In this document: positions 39,752 through 49,334 of the stretch, piece after piece
Numbering within the stretch: position 1 is the first letter of the stretch
How the letters are laid out: each line of letters begins with the position of its first letter
Assembly (NCBI GenBank): GCA_964441155.1
Contig: CAYYKL010000004.1
Span: 5,103 to 69,102, forward strand
Source of the DNA: an uncultured Pseudomonadales bacterium
Lineage (GTDB): Bacteria; Patescibacteriota; Microgenomatia; UBA1400; RBG-16-45-19
DNA length: 64,000 bases
Direction: 5' to 3'
The notes under the pieces: model-generated
What the model saw: the letters and a program-made list of their open reading frames with translations, nothing else
Database searches by the model: none
Told to the model about the DNA's origin: nothing
Position numbers and translations under genes: made by a program

Positions 39752-40914
39752 AGCCAAAGCAATTTCCTGAAATCTTATTATTTTTAAACGACAACCCTCT
39801 GCCATCTCTCTACACCAAAGGCGTTATTTCGGGAAAAGAACTTCGCCTGCGCAGCGCGCTTTATCAGGTAAAGGAAATTCATGTCCTGGCTCCCAAAGGC
39901 GCGTGGATGGGTGATAAGGACAATAAAGAAATTGGAAAACTTGAGAAAAAAGTTCATATCCACCACATCCCTACTTGGCCATATTACTTGAGAACTATTC
40001 CGTTATTTCTATGGGGGCTTTATGTAATGCGAAGCATAAAACCTGACCTAATTGAGGCTGAAAGTCCGATTATTTCTGGTCCAGCAGCGGTAATCTTGAG
40101 TAAATTGTTCGATAAACTCGTTGTTGTTGAAGTTAGAGCTTCGTATCACGAGCTTATTAAGCACAAGGTCACTTGGATTCCTTATGCACTAAAAAAGTTC
40201 ATGCTAAATTTAGTTTATCTAAGCACACTCAAACAGGCGTCAGGAGTTATTGCCAATTCGCGTTACTATCAACAAAGTTTGCGAGCTATGGGAATTTCTA
40301 GTGAGATAATTAACCCTGGAATTCAACTTCAATCAATTAAAGTGGCGCAATCTGTCAAAAAATCGAAGACAACCATTTTGGGATTTTTAGGCAGAATCGA
40401 GACAGAAAAAGGGGTGGAAATTCTATTAGAAGCGATGGAGATGGTGTTAAATCAAAAAGGATCTGCTCGAAATTTTAAGTTATTAATTGCAGGTGAAGGG
40501 TCACAGCGCGAAAGATTAGAATCATTTGTCAAGCAAAGTCCAATTTTAGAAAGTCGGGTGAAATTTTTAGGTTTTCAAAAACCATGTGATTTTTTTCCCA
40601 AGATTGACATTCTTGTTAATCCAAATATTGTTCGACATCCTCTTGAAATGGTTAATGTAGAGGCAGCCCACTATGGCAAACCCGTTATTTGCTTTGGTGA
40701 TGATCAAATTCCCGAAACGGTGATTCACAATAAAACTGGCTTTGTGGTGAATTCATTGGGTGCAACTTCACTTGCTCAAGGCATCAATGCTTTCGTGACT
40801 TCAAAATTTCTCTTAACGGATAGTGCTCGATTACTTCTGCTCAATCAGCACAATTTCACTTCCCAAGTTAAGGCTCTCAAGACTTTGTATGAGCGAATTA
40901 ACAAAAATATATAG
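39748..40914 (+). CDS. GT4 glycosyltransferase
   Basis: LGRIETEKG and EAAHYGKPVI motifs. Confidence 0.85.
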   Translation: MKPKQFPEILLFLNDNPLPSLYTKGVISGKELRLRSALYQVKEIHVLAPKGAWMGDKDNKEIGKLEKKVHIHHIPTWPYYLRTIPLFLWGLYVMRSIKPDLIEAESPIISGPAAVILSKLFDKLVVVEVRASYHELIKHKVTWIPYALKKFMLNLVYLSTLKQASGVIANSRYYQQSLRAMGISSEIINPGIQLQSIKVAQSVKKSKTTILGFLGRIETEKGVEILLEAMEMVLNQKGSARNFKLLIAGEGSQRERLESFVKQSPILESRVKFLGFQKPCDFFPKIDILVNPNIVRHPLEMVNVEAAHYGKPVICFGDDQIPETVIHNKTGFVVNSLGATSLAQGINAFVTSKFLLTDSARLLLLNQHNFTSQVKALKTLYERINKNI

Positions 40915-40922
40915 CGGCGATA

Positions 40923-42167
40923 TCAATTTTTGAGGTTTTTTATTACGGGGCGCAGAAGATTCCAACAAAAAATAATAAATGCAAGTATCGCTAGCGAACT
41001 AGACGCAACCAAAACATTGTTAGCAATCTCTTGAATGCTATCGTTAAAGACCATCATGAGCAAAATCTCCTCGCCCAATGCAAGAAGAACGAGGACAGTA
41101 AAAATAAACTGTCCTCTAAGCATTTTGTACAATGAAATCAACAAGGCCAGCGACAGCAAGCCGCATGCCACCAAGTATGGCAATGCGTATGGCATAATTA
41201 AATGATATCGGTCACCTAGCATTAATCCAATGCTATATGCTGGCAGCGCCGTGTAAATGCCTATTAATGACGCTATTATCCCTGATGCTCCGATAAGCAC
41301 CGCTATCATAAGTTTTCTCCGTTGATTTTCGAAAGACAAAGATGGGGCAATTAGGGGAGTGATTAAAATATAAAAACTTTGCATTATAAAAAATATTGTT
41401 TTCCCAACCAAACTCAAGAGCGCATAGGTACCTGCTTGTTCAGGTGGTAAGTATTTTTTAGCGAAAAAAATATCCACCGTAAGTAAGGCTATAACGCCAA
41501 TTCTGGCAATCATAATTTTAATTAAAAATATCCAGTGGGATCGTTTTAACTGACTAGTATTGCGAAACAATCTTATTATTTGATTACCTTCACCATAAAG
41601 ATAAAAGAGCAACACAATTATTGAAGAAGACAAAATTGCGGCCACAATAATTTCGAACGCACGAGGATTATCGGTTGATAGCCAGGTCAACAAAACTTTG
41701 GCGGTTGCCTCGAGCAGCAATCCCACCCCAACTAATACAAAAAATAGTCTTGCTTGCAAGAAACCTCTAATCCATGCAATGGGAAACATGAGAAAAATCG
41801 TCAGGGCACTCAAACTTAAAATTAACCATGAGTTGGGAAAATTAAAATAGCTACTCCACCATGGGGAGCCGATTAAAAAGATGCCTGCGGCAATTAAACC
41901 CCAATATATCGCCAATTTACCAAAGGCTGCGGTAATAGCTTTTGCTTCAGTCGAGTTTTTTGCTGCATAGGTATTAGTTGCGACTGCAATGGCGATACTT
42001 GCAATCGACACTAAAGTAATACTATTGGTCAGCAAGGCTAAATTCCCCATATCTTCCAAACTCAAGGATTTATTAGCAATAAGTGCAAAAAGCCAACCTG
42101 AAGCATTGGCGACTAATCCAGCCAGCCAAAAAAAACCAATCGAAAGTTTATTTTTTGAAATTCTCAT
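40923..42167 (-). CDS. Wzx-like oligosaccharide flippase
   Basis: About 12 TM helices; D....K.L....AG.Y motif; resembles the N-terminal half of 5639-8116. Confidence 0.75.
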   Translation of the reverse strand: MRISKNKLSIGFFWLAGLVANASGWLFALIANKSLSLEDMGNLALLTNSITLVSIASIAIAVATNTYAAKNSTEAKAITAAFGKLAIYWGLIAAGIFLIGSPWWSSYFNFPNSWLILSLSALTIFLMFPIAWIRGFLQARLFFVLVGVGLLLEATAKVLLTWLSTDNPRAFEIIVAAILSSSIIVLLFYLYGEGNQIIRLFRNTSQLKRSHWIFLIKIMIARIGVIALLTVDIFFAKKYLPPEQAGTYALLSLVGKTIFFIMQSFYILITPLIAPSLSFENQRRKLMIAVLIGASGIIASLIGIYTALPAYSIGLMLGDRYHLIMPYALPYLVACGLLSLALLISLYKMLRGQFIFTVLVLLALGEEILLMMVFNDSIQEIANNVLVASSSLAILAFIIFCWNLLRPVIKNLKN

Positions 42168-42239
42168 CTTCGGTAGTGTAGCATTCGAAGTGAGCGACTT
42201 AAACTGAAACGTGACTTACGTATTGGCAATGGAATTCAA

Positions 42240-42968
42240 TTATATATTTCTCGCGCAAATGAAAAAACTTCGATCCACTTTGGAGAGATGAGTGGGTACT
42301 AAACTATGCCTAATAACTTTGAGTCCTTTGCTTTGCAAGTATTCCTTTAGCCAGTGCTTCGGAGATCGATCCATAAACGTCAAGTTCTTACTCCATTGCA
42401 TATTTCTCTCATCTTCTTGTCCTGTTTCGAAAACAAAGTAACGGCATTTCTTCACCAAAGCATCAACAATTTGATCTGCAGCTTTAAACCCTTGAAAGGT
42501 AACTAGATGATGAAAGACACTGAGTAAAGAAATCATGTCGAATTTTTCTAATCCTCTGGCTATTTGAGGAGTTAGGTATTGATAGATAAATTTAGTATTT
42601 GGTGTTTGATTAAGTACTTCAAGAGATTTTGCGTAATAGTATGCCCGCCTGTCTTGCTCAATCCCTGTAGCTTGAATATGAGAGTTTTCAGCGATTTTAA
42701 ATACAAAGTAGCCCAGCTGAGAACCAATATCTAAATATGAATGGATTTTTTTAAGATTAATGTTTTCAGAGATTAAATGTAAACGATCATCACAAATTCT
42801 CTTGTGACTATTTGGTTTGAGATACCGGATGTAATTGGGATTATATGTGGGCTGATATAGCTCAACGAATTGAGTTGCTTGAGCAAAATTGAGGTAAAGA
42901 TAAGAAAGTGTTTTTTTAATCATCGCTTTCAAGTACCGATAATACTTTATTAAGTTCTGCTTGATCAT
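42240..42968 (-). CDS. Class I SAM-dependent methyltransferase (WbdD-methyltransferase-like)
   Basis: LDIGSQLGYF and FD...LLSVFHH motifs. Confidence 0.85.
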   Translation of the reverse strand: MIKQNLIKYYRYLKAMIKKTLSYLYLNFAQATQFVELYQPTYNPNYIRYLKPNSHKRICDDRLHLISENINLKKIHSYLDIGSQLGYFVFKIAENSHIQATGIEQDRRAYYYAKSLEVLNQTPNTKFIYQYLTPQIARGLEKFDMISLLSVFHHLVTFQGFKAADQIVDALVKKCRYFVFETGQEDERNMQWSKNLTFMDRSPKHWLKEYLQSKGLKVIRHSLVPTHLSKVDRSFFICARNI

Positions 42969-43896
42969 GGTTTAGGTTCTGGGCTATGTCAATCATGAGT
43001 TTTGCTATGCAGCAAGTCTCAACAAAATCGGAAATAAACGCCTGATTAATCCAAGACTGCGTTGCTTGCAAAGACAATGTATATGACTTGAAAGCATTAA
43101 CAAACGCATGGTAAGTTGGGCGTCTGCGTGAGAAATTTTTAACGTACGCCATCAAAAGTATGTGGTCATACAGCACAAGAAACTTGCTAGAATTTTCAAA
43201 ATCAATGAAACGATAAATGGAATTATTAACTAAAATATTATCCAGATTCAAATCTCCATGGATATGCGCAATTGGCACGGCAAATGACTTATGTTCTAAG
43301 AATTTCTGCAACTTTCTTGTCATTCTATGGGGATGCTTACGTACGTGTATTGGCAACTCATTAATCTTAGCTATGAGTGATTTTGTGAGCACATGTGAAG
43401 AACTTAATTGTTGACTCTTTTCATGCATAGGAGTGATGGCCGTTAAAACTGATTGAGTTTTGCGCAAATAATGATCAGGAATGAACGAATCAATCAGACT
43501 TCTCCCCGGAATCAATGTTTCACTACTATGCATGATTCCGGCAGTGGATGTTTTCAGCGAGATAGGCTTGGGCACTACATCTACGAGCTTGCGCTGCAAA
43601 AAAGAAAAGTTATTTTTGAGCCTTTGATCACCGATAGCACTTAAGCTGATTCTAACAACAACTTGATCTTCGTAGTCGAGGATAGTAAGACCATGAAAAT
43701 TTGTTTTTACCCGTAGCCCACGAATGTTTTTATGAGCAAGCTCAGTGATTTCATGAGCTAAAAATGGAGATATCCAAACAGGCACTGGAAGTATTGTGTG
43801 TTGACGAAAAATTCTTGGAAACACTCTTTTGTGCTCCCAGATCAAAATCCATCCTGATTTTGGCTTCTGACTAATGTGAATGAGCCCAGATTGCAT
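42916..43896 (-). CDS. APH/choline-kinase-like phosphotransferase
   Basis: HGDL..DNIL and FIDFE motifs. Confidence 0.75.
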   Translation of the reverse strand: MQSGLIHISQKPKSGWILIWEHKRVFPRIFRQHTILPVPVWISPFLAHEITELAHKNIRGLRVKTNFHGLTILDYEDQVVVRISLSAIGDQRLKNNFSFLQRKLVDVVPKPISLKTSTAGIMHSSETLIPGRSLIDSFIPDHYLRKTQSVLTAITPMHEKSQQLSSSHVLTKSLIAKINELPIHVRKHPHRMTRKLQKFLEHKSFAVPIAHIHGDLNLDNILVNNSIYRFIDFENSSKFLVLYDHILLMAYVKNFSRRRPTYHAFVNAFKSYTLSLQATQSWINQAFISDFVETCCIAKLMIDIAQNLNHDQAELNKVLSVLESDD

Positions 43897-43919
43897 ACTA
43901 GATTCATACCAAATAGTTT

Positions 43920-44615
43920 CTATTTTCTCAAAACGGCAAGTAGATAAGCAGCATGCAAGGAATCAATTTTTGCACAAATGCTATTGAGTGGATAAGGCAA
44001 GGGATAATATCCAACACCCTTCGCTTGTTGAATGCTAAATCCATGCAATCTTGCTAGATCGGTCAAGCCTCTTGGGGAAAAGACACGCAGATGCGCTTGC
44101 ATTTCGTCAATTTTTTGATTGTAGTTGGGATGGGCAGGATTACCCACAAATGATTGGTCTGAAACTTGTGTCGAAAATGGCTGCCAACCAAACAAAAGCG
44201 AGAAAATATTGTGCCATGATGCCAAATTAGGAGTGCACACAATTGCCCAACCACCAGGCTTCAAGATACGATGCATTTCTGCCATCATAAGGTCTGTTTT
44301 CGCCACATGCTCAATAACCTGATTACAAATAATTCCATCGACACTTTTATTTTTGAGTGGCAAGGGCTGATTGAAGTCGGAAGCAATCGCGTGTCCTCGA
44401 CGCTTTATAAAACTTCTTAATGTGGACAACTCGTGATCAATGCCAATTATTGTTTTAGCGCCAACAAATTCACCCAAATGAAAACTTTCAGCTCCATCGC
44501 CACACCCCAAATCAACGAGGATTTTCGCCTGCAATTTTTTTGATTCGCTGATTACGGCTTCTCTAAAAACAGCTTCATTTTGCCTGGTAATAGTTGATTG
44601 TCGACTCCGTTTCAT
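43920..44615 (-). CDS. Class I SAM-dependent methyltransferase (Methyltransf_11-like)
   Basis: DLGCGDG, QVIEH and RILKPGG motifs. Confidence 0.9.
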   Translation of the reverse strand: MKRSRQSTITRQNEAVFREAVISESKKLQAKILVDLGCGDGAESFHLGEFVGAKTIIGIDHELSTLRSFIKRRGHAIASDFNQPLPLKNKSVDGIICNQVIEHVAKTDLMMAEMHRILKPGGWAIVCTPNLASWHNIFSLLFGWQPFSTQVSDQSFVGNPAHPNYNQKIDEMQAHLRVFSPRGLTDLARLHGFSIQQAKGVGYYPLPYPLNSICAKIDSLHAAYLLAVLRK

Positions 44616-44621
44616 ACATCC

Positions 44622-45539
44622 TTATCTTTTCACCATTTGCCATACATAAGGGTTCTTGCCCATAAGATTGTAATCAATCCACCCCATAAGTCTTGATGAA
44701 ATCTCAAGAATAATCAAGCTTAAAAGAGAAGATAAGCTCGTGGGACTGCGCATAATATGACGGGCAATAATGGTAGCAATGAGTGGAAGATTAAGTGTTG
44801 CTACTCGATAATTGTATTGATGATTGACCCATTGATGCCCGGCAAAAACACGTCTTCTTTGCATAATAAAATCGGCAACTGTTTTCGGGCCAGAATTATA
44901 AACAATCGATCTAGGAGCGTATACGGTGCTGTATCCGATTAACTGCAATAATACCTCAATTGTTGCCTCATCAACCGCACTTTGTGGTGGAATTTGCCTG
45001 ACTATGTTTCGAAATGCAACCATCTCACCACATTTCGGTTTTACGAGAGATATTTCGTGGTGTAATTCCCACAACAAATGCACAACTTTCCCCATGGAAG
45101 TGCTTATACTATTGGTGGGTTTTGGGTGAGCTCCCACCATACCGACATCGGGTTGCAAAAAAGGAACAAGTATCTCTTCAATCGCTTTTTTATGCAGTCG
45201 CAAATCAGCACTCACGGTAACAACAATGGGCGATTTTGCATGTGATAAAAACAGGTTAATTGCCGCTGATTTGCCTTGACGCTCAGCTTGTGTGTAGAGC
45301 TTAATTTTGGGATTCGATTGGGATTTCTTAACCACCAACTCATTTGTTTTATCATTGCTTCCAGATGAAACAACAATTATTTCTTCAATTTTTGTCAGGT
45401 TAAGCACTTGTTTTTCAATAGAATCTATTGTCGCATTGACGTTTTTTTCTTCGTTGTGAGCAAAAATTCCTATGGTTACTTTTAGCTGCTTTTGTTTAAT
45501 TGGTATTAATTTAGTCGGAATCATCGCTGCATTGAGCAT
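44622..45539 (-). CDS. GT2 glycosyltransferase
   Basis: AHNEE, GKS, SAD and QRRR motifs. Confidence 0.88.
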   Translation of the reverse strand: MLNAAMIPTKLIPIKQKQLKVTIGIFAHNEEKNVNATIDSIEKQVLNLTKIEEIIVVSSGSNDKTNELVVKKSQSNPKIKLYTQAERQGKSAAINLFLSHAKSPIVVTVSADLRLHKKAIEEILVPFLQPDVGMVGAHPKPTNSISTSMGKVVHLLWELHHEISLVKPKCGEMVAFRNIVRQIPPQSAVDEATIEVLLQLIGYSTVYAPRSIVYNSGPKTVADFIMQRRRVFAGHQWVNHQYNYRVATLNLPLIATIIARHIMRSPTSLSSLLSLIILEISSRLMGWIDYNLMGKNPYVWQMVKR

Positions 45540-45663
45540 ACACTACTCCAAATGTGCTCACAAGAAGTGACAACTATTTCAAATAACTCCCTCCGCGCGC
45601 CATGCGCTCACTATTTATTGGGTTATAATGGACACTGATGATGAAAAAGCCACATCATTTAGC

Positions 45664-45736
45664 GCCGGAGTAGCTCAGTTGGTAGAGCAATGGTATCGTA
45701 AACCATGGGTCGTGGGTTCGAATCCCACCTCTGGCT
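45664..45736 (+). tRNA. tRNA-Thr(CGT)
   Basis: Cloverleaf GCCGGAG...CTCTGGCT; anticodon loop AT-CGT-AA; CCA not encoded. Confidence 0.92.
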
Positions 45737-45809
45737 CACACACAAACTCGCATCGATGCATGAAAAAACAAATGAATGTTTAATCAAAAAGTATTGATAG
45801 AATTAACGT

Positions 45810-46532
45810 ATGTCAAATCACTACCGCTCTAGACTTGAAAAAACCGAATCAAAGCGGTTTGCCAAACAGGCAATGATGTTGGGTATTGCCACCCTGATTT
45901 TGCTTGTTGTCCTCATTATCATTGGCATTCCTGCATTAACCAAACTGGCTGTCTATTTTAGTGGAAGTCAGAGTGGAGCCGACACTGAACTCGTTGATAC
46001 TATGGCACCACTATCTCCCCAAGTAAACACTGTTCCTGAAGCAACTAATAGCGCAAAAGTGTCATTGTCAGGTTTTGCTGAGTCAGGATCGGAAGTGCTC
46101 CTCAAAAAAGATGATGTCGAAATTCAGAAATCAATTGTTGACGCTGTGGGATCATTTAGTTTTTCAAGCGTTCAGTTGGAAAAAGGAATGAACGAATTCA
46201 GGTTAACTGCAGTTGACTTAGCTGGCAATGAGAGTCCACCGACCCCGCTTTTAAGCATTGACTACGACAACGAAAAGCCAAAGCTCTCCATTTCTAATCC
46301 CAAAGAAGGAAGTAAATTTTTTGGCTCAAGTGAGCGGCTCATTTCAATTGTTGGTGAAACTGACCAAAATACGCAGGTCACCTTAAACAAGCGTAGCTTA
46401 GTTGTCGATAGCAATGGTAACTTTACTACCTCACACGAATTAATCGAGGGTGACAATCAGCTAGAGATAATCGCCACTGATACAGCTGGAAACGCCGCCT
46501 CTACCACGATCAAGGTTTCTTACCAACCTTAA
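45810..46532 (+). CDS. Membrane-anchored protein with two Ig-like domains
   Basis: TM helix; repeated G.N.....A.D.AGN motifs. Confidence 0.8.
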   Translation: MSNHYRSRLEKTESKRFAKQAMMLGIATLILLVVLIIIGIPALTKLAVYFSGSQSGADTELVDTMAPLSPQVNTVPEATNSAKVSLSGFAESGSEVLLKKDDVEIQKSIVDAVGSFSFSSVQLEKGMNEFRLTAVDLAGNESPPTPLLSIDYDNEKPKLSISNPKEGSKFFGSSERLISIVGETDQNTQVTLNKRSLVVDSNGNFTTSHELIEGDNQLEIIATDTAGNAASTTIKVSYQP

Positions 46533-48492
46533 ATCCCTGCCTCAGCTCCTGTAATCTCTTTTTCTCGCTGGAAGCCAGCTCCAAGCTTGCAATCATCCAC
46601 CATATGAGTACGAAAGGGTAGAAAAAGGAATTATTGAAAAGTGAATGAGTGAGAATTGCGACAAGACTAAAGATTTGAAAAGGATACTTTCTAACAGAAA
46701 TACTAAAGCTCAATAAAAAATAAGAAAAACTGATCATGCCAACTATTCCCGTGGTAGCCAAAATAAGCACAAAACTATTATCCGGAGAAGAAGGATGGTA
46801 GGGAATCAGGGGATCATGTGATTGAGGCAAGGTGAACGTGCGATACGAGTTATACCCTATGCCAATATATGGGTGATCTTTAAAAATATCCCAACCAGTA
46901 ACAATGCTGCGAGCACGATGAACAATGGAATACGTCCTCGTGAGGTTTACTCCTTCTCCGCCTGGTTTTATAAGACTACTAAATGCTAAGAGACTTACTC
47001 CCAAAACTGTTATATACAATAGCGCTTGTTTGAAATACCGCAAAGAAACTACACTTGATGCAGCAAACGCAATAAAGGCTGCATAAGAACTTCGAGAATA
47101 GGTAAGTCCCAAACTGACCATGACGATTGATCCCAGCAAGTGCTTGAGAGTTTTCCCATAGGCAACGATATACATGCTAAAAAGCACAATGAGTAATCCC
47201 AGAAAATTAGGATCAAATAATGAACCAATCATCCGATAATAGTGGTCATCCCAACCGTAGTCGAGCAACCACCGCATGTCAGGCATAAACAAGTATTGCA
47301 ACCAGCCCAAAAAAAGATACATACATCCAAAATATTCGATAGCTTTTCTCCAAGAAAACGAAAGCCAATTGACTACAATCCCATCCCAGAGCATCCATCC
47401 AAAAGCCACATACGCAAGCCATCTCCACCAATATAACGCCGAAGGCAGCAGATTTGACTGTAGTTGATGAGCATTTACTAATAAACTGATTCCCATAACC
47501 AAAGAGAATACCAGTAAGCCCAGTGTCCAGGGGGCAATGCTTGGCAAGCGCCGCTTGGTAATAAGTAATCCTACCCAATTCACAACCGCCAACAGCATGA
47601 AGATTTCAAACAAATACACTGCAACACCAGGATTGAGCTGATATCGTGTGAGCTGTCCTAAGGGGACGAGCGCAACCGCGCAAAGGGCAAACATTTGTGC
47701 AAGGCGACCTAATTTCGAATTTTGACTTGTAGCTTGCAATGAGATAGTTAGCTGATGAAATCGCACTAGCGCAGAGTGAATACTCATGAGCATTGCGTAA
47801 TACAAACCTCTTCTCCCATCTCTCCACCCTGAGCGCATGACATAGTTTTGGAAAAACTTCGCCGTTGGATATGCCAAAACTTCTAACCATGTCCAAGGTA
47901 TGCCTTGCTCAAATTTTGACAGTGCTACTTTTTTTGCATATATGTTAATTTTTTTAATTGAAGTCAGAAATGACTTATGAGAATAATGCATAAGACTTCC
48001 GTGAATTACCTCTGTCTTCTTGAAGTTCCAGACTTCATGCACTCGTCCTGACCAGGTTTGACTGGTCTTTGGACCCAAGCGCACTAACTTCACGTTTCCC
48101 ACTTCACCAAACGCTACCTTTTTACCCCACAAATAATCTTCTCTCTTGATGGAGTATCCTTTGGATTTAGCAGGCAAAGCACAAATTTTTTTAACACTCT
48201 CGATTGCTCTACTATCCAATCGCTCATCAGCATCCAAAAACATCACCCAGGGGTTCGTTGCTTGAGCCAGTGCCCAATTACGAGCCGCAGCAAAATCATC
48301 ACTCACAGCATGCTTGAGGATTTTAACTTTGTGCTGCCGCGCCTCTTCAAAAGTTGCGTCAATCGAATCATCATCAATAATGATAATTTCCTTAGCAAAA
48401 TTGAGCGTCGGCAACAATTCGCGTAAATTCTGCGTTTCATTTTTCGCTAAAATCACAATGGTGAGTGGTAACAGCTTATGTTTTTTGATCAT
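46510..48492 (-). CDS. GT2 (WaaE/KdtX-like) fused to O-antigen ligase/Wzy_C-like membrane domain
   Basis: AKNE, LDADE and VHE N-terminal motifs; DPNFLG, TYSRSS, GIGY and HSLFNN C-terminal motifs; ATG start chosen at 48492. Confidence 0.82.
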   Translation of the reverse strand: MIKKHKLLPLTIVILAKNETQNLRELLPTLNFAKEIIIIDDDSIDATFEEARQHKVKILKHAVSDDFAAARNWALAQATNPWVMFLDADERLDSRAIESVKKICALPAKSKGYSIKREDYLWGKKVAFGEVGNVKLVRLGPKTSQTWSGRVHEVWNFKKTEVIHGSLMHYSHKSFLTSIKKINIYAKKVALSKFEQGIPWTWLEVLAYPTAKFFQNYVMRSGWRDGRRGLYYAMLMSIHSALVRFHQLTISLQATSQNSKLGRLAQMFALCAVALVPLGQLTRYQLNPGVAVYLFEIFMLLAVVNWVGLLITKRRLPSIAPWTLGLLVFSLVMGISLLVNAHQLQSNLLPSALYWWRWLAYVAFGWMLWDGIVVNWLSFSWRKAIEYFGCMYLFLGWLQYLFMPDMRWLLDYGWDDHYYRMIGSLFDPNFLGLLIVLFSMYIVAYGKTLKHLLGSIVMVSLGLTYSRSSYAAFIAFAASSVVSLRYFKQALLYITVLGVSLLAFSSLIKPGGEGVNLTRTYSIVHRARSIVTGWDIFKDHPYIGIGYNSYRTFTLPQSHDPLIPYHPSSPDNSFVLILATTGIVGMISFSYFLLSFSISVRKYPFQIFSLVAILTHSLFNNSFFYPFVLIWWMIASLELASSEKKRLQELRQGFKVGKKP

Positions 48493-49301
48493 TGATTGTA
48501 TGTATGTAATAAATTTCCAAAAAACGTAATTGTCAGCAGCATCAAACTCCATGACTCAGTTAATCTCAAAAAATATTCAACGATGCTTCCTCGCACGTTG
48601 CCAAAATGTTTTCTAAAAAAATATAAGCGAGACTGCTTAAACCATTGCAATACAATCGGATTATTTTTTGGCGTACTAGCCGCTCCTTCATGCATAATCA
48701 CCGCCCTGGGTTCGTACACGACATTTTTCCCTTCCCTAAGACAGCGTCGACACAAATCTGTTTCTTCCCAATACATAAAAAAGTTTTCATCAAAGCCCTT
48801 TAATTTTTTAAACAATGAATTAGGTATTATAAACGCTGCACCAGTTACGGCGCCAACTTGGATCATGTGTGGCGCAATCTTATGATCGAACCAGTGATTT
48901 TTTACAAATGGCAAAAAATGCAAGTATTTTCCCAAAAATGAATAGACAAAAAATGATGAAGTGAAGGTTGGCTGCAATGAATAAGAAAGTTGCGGTTGTT
49001 GCATTAAGTTAACAATTTTTGGAGCCACTATACCTGTCGATTGGTGCTTGCTAAAGTGGTCAATGAGCATGTTTACACTTTTTTCACTCATGACACAGTC
49101 TGGATTTAAGAATAACAAATAGTCGCCTGTTGCTTTTGCTGCTCCCAGATTACAGCCAACAGCAAATCCACCATTTTTCTTACTATTATCAATAACAATT
49201 ACTTCCCACGAGGGGATTTTAGGTATTGAATTGAGACACCGAGCTAAAACCGATTGGTTTTTATATGCAACTATTATTATCGAGAGCTTAATGGCTGACA
49301 T
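48489..49301 (-). CDS. GT2 glycosyltransferase (rhamnosyltransferase-like)
   Basis: GFAVGCN, FLNPD and GFDENFFMYWEETDLC motifs. Confidence 0.92.
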   Translation of the reverse strand: MSAIKLSIIIVAYKNQSVLARCLNSIPKIPSWEVIVIDNSKKNGGFAVGCNLGAAKATGDYLLFLNPDCVMSEKSVNMLIDHFSKHQSTGIVAPKIVNLMQQPQLSYSLQPTFTSSFFVYSFLGKYLHFLPFVKNHWFDHKIAPHMIQVGAVTGAAFIIPNSLFKKLKGFDENFFMYWEETDLCRRCLREGKNVVYEPRAVIMHEGAASTPKNNPIVLQWFKQSRLYFFRKHFGNVRGSIVEYFLRLTESWSLMLLTITFFGNLLHTYNQ

Positions 49302-49310
49302 AGTGATGCA

Positions 49311-49334
49311 TTAATTAATTAATTAATTAATTAA
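49311..49334. repeat. (TTAA)6 simple tandem repeat overlapping a GT4 stop codon
   Basis: TTAATTAATTAATTAATTAATTAA read directly. Confidence 0.85.
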
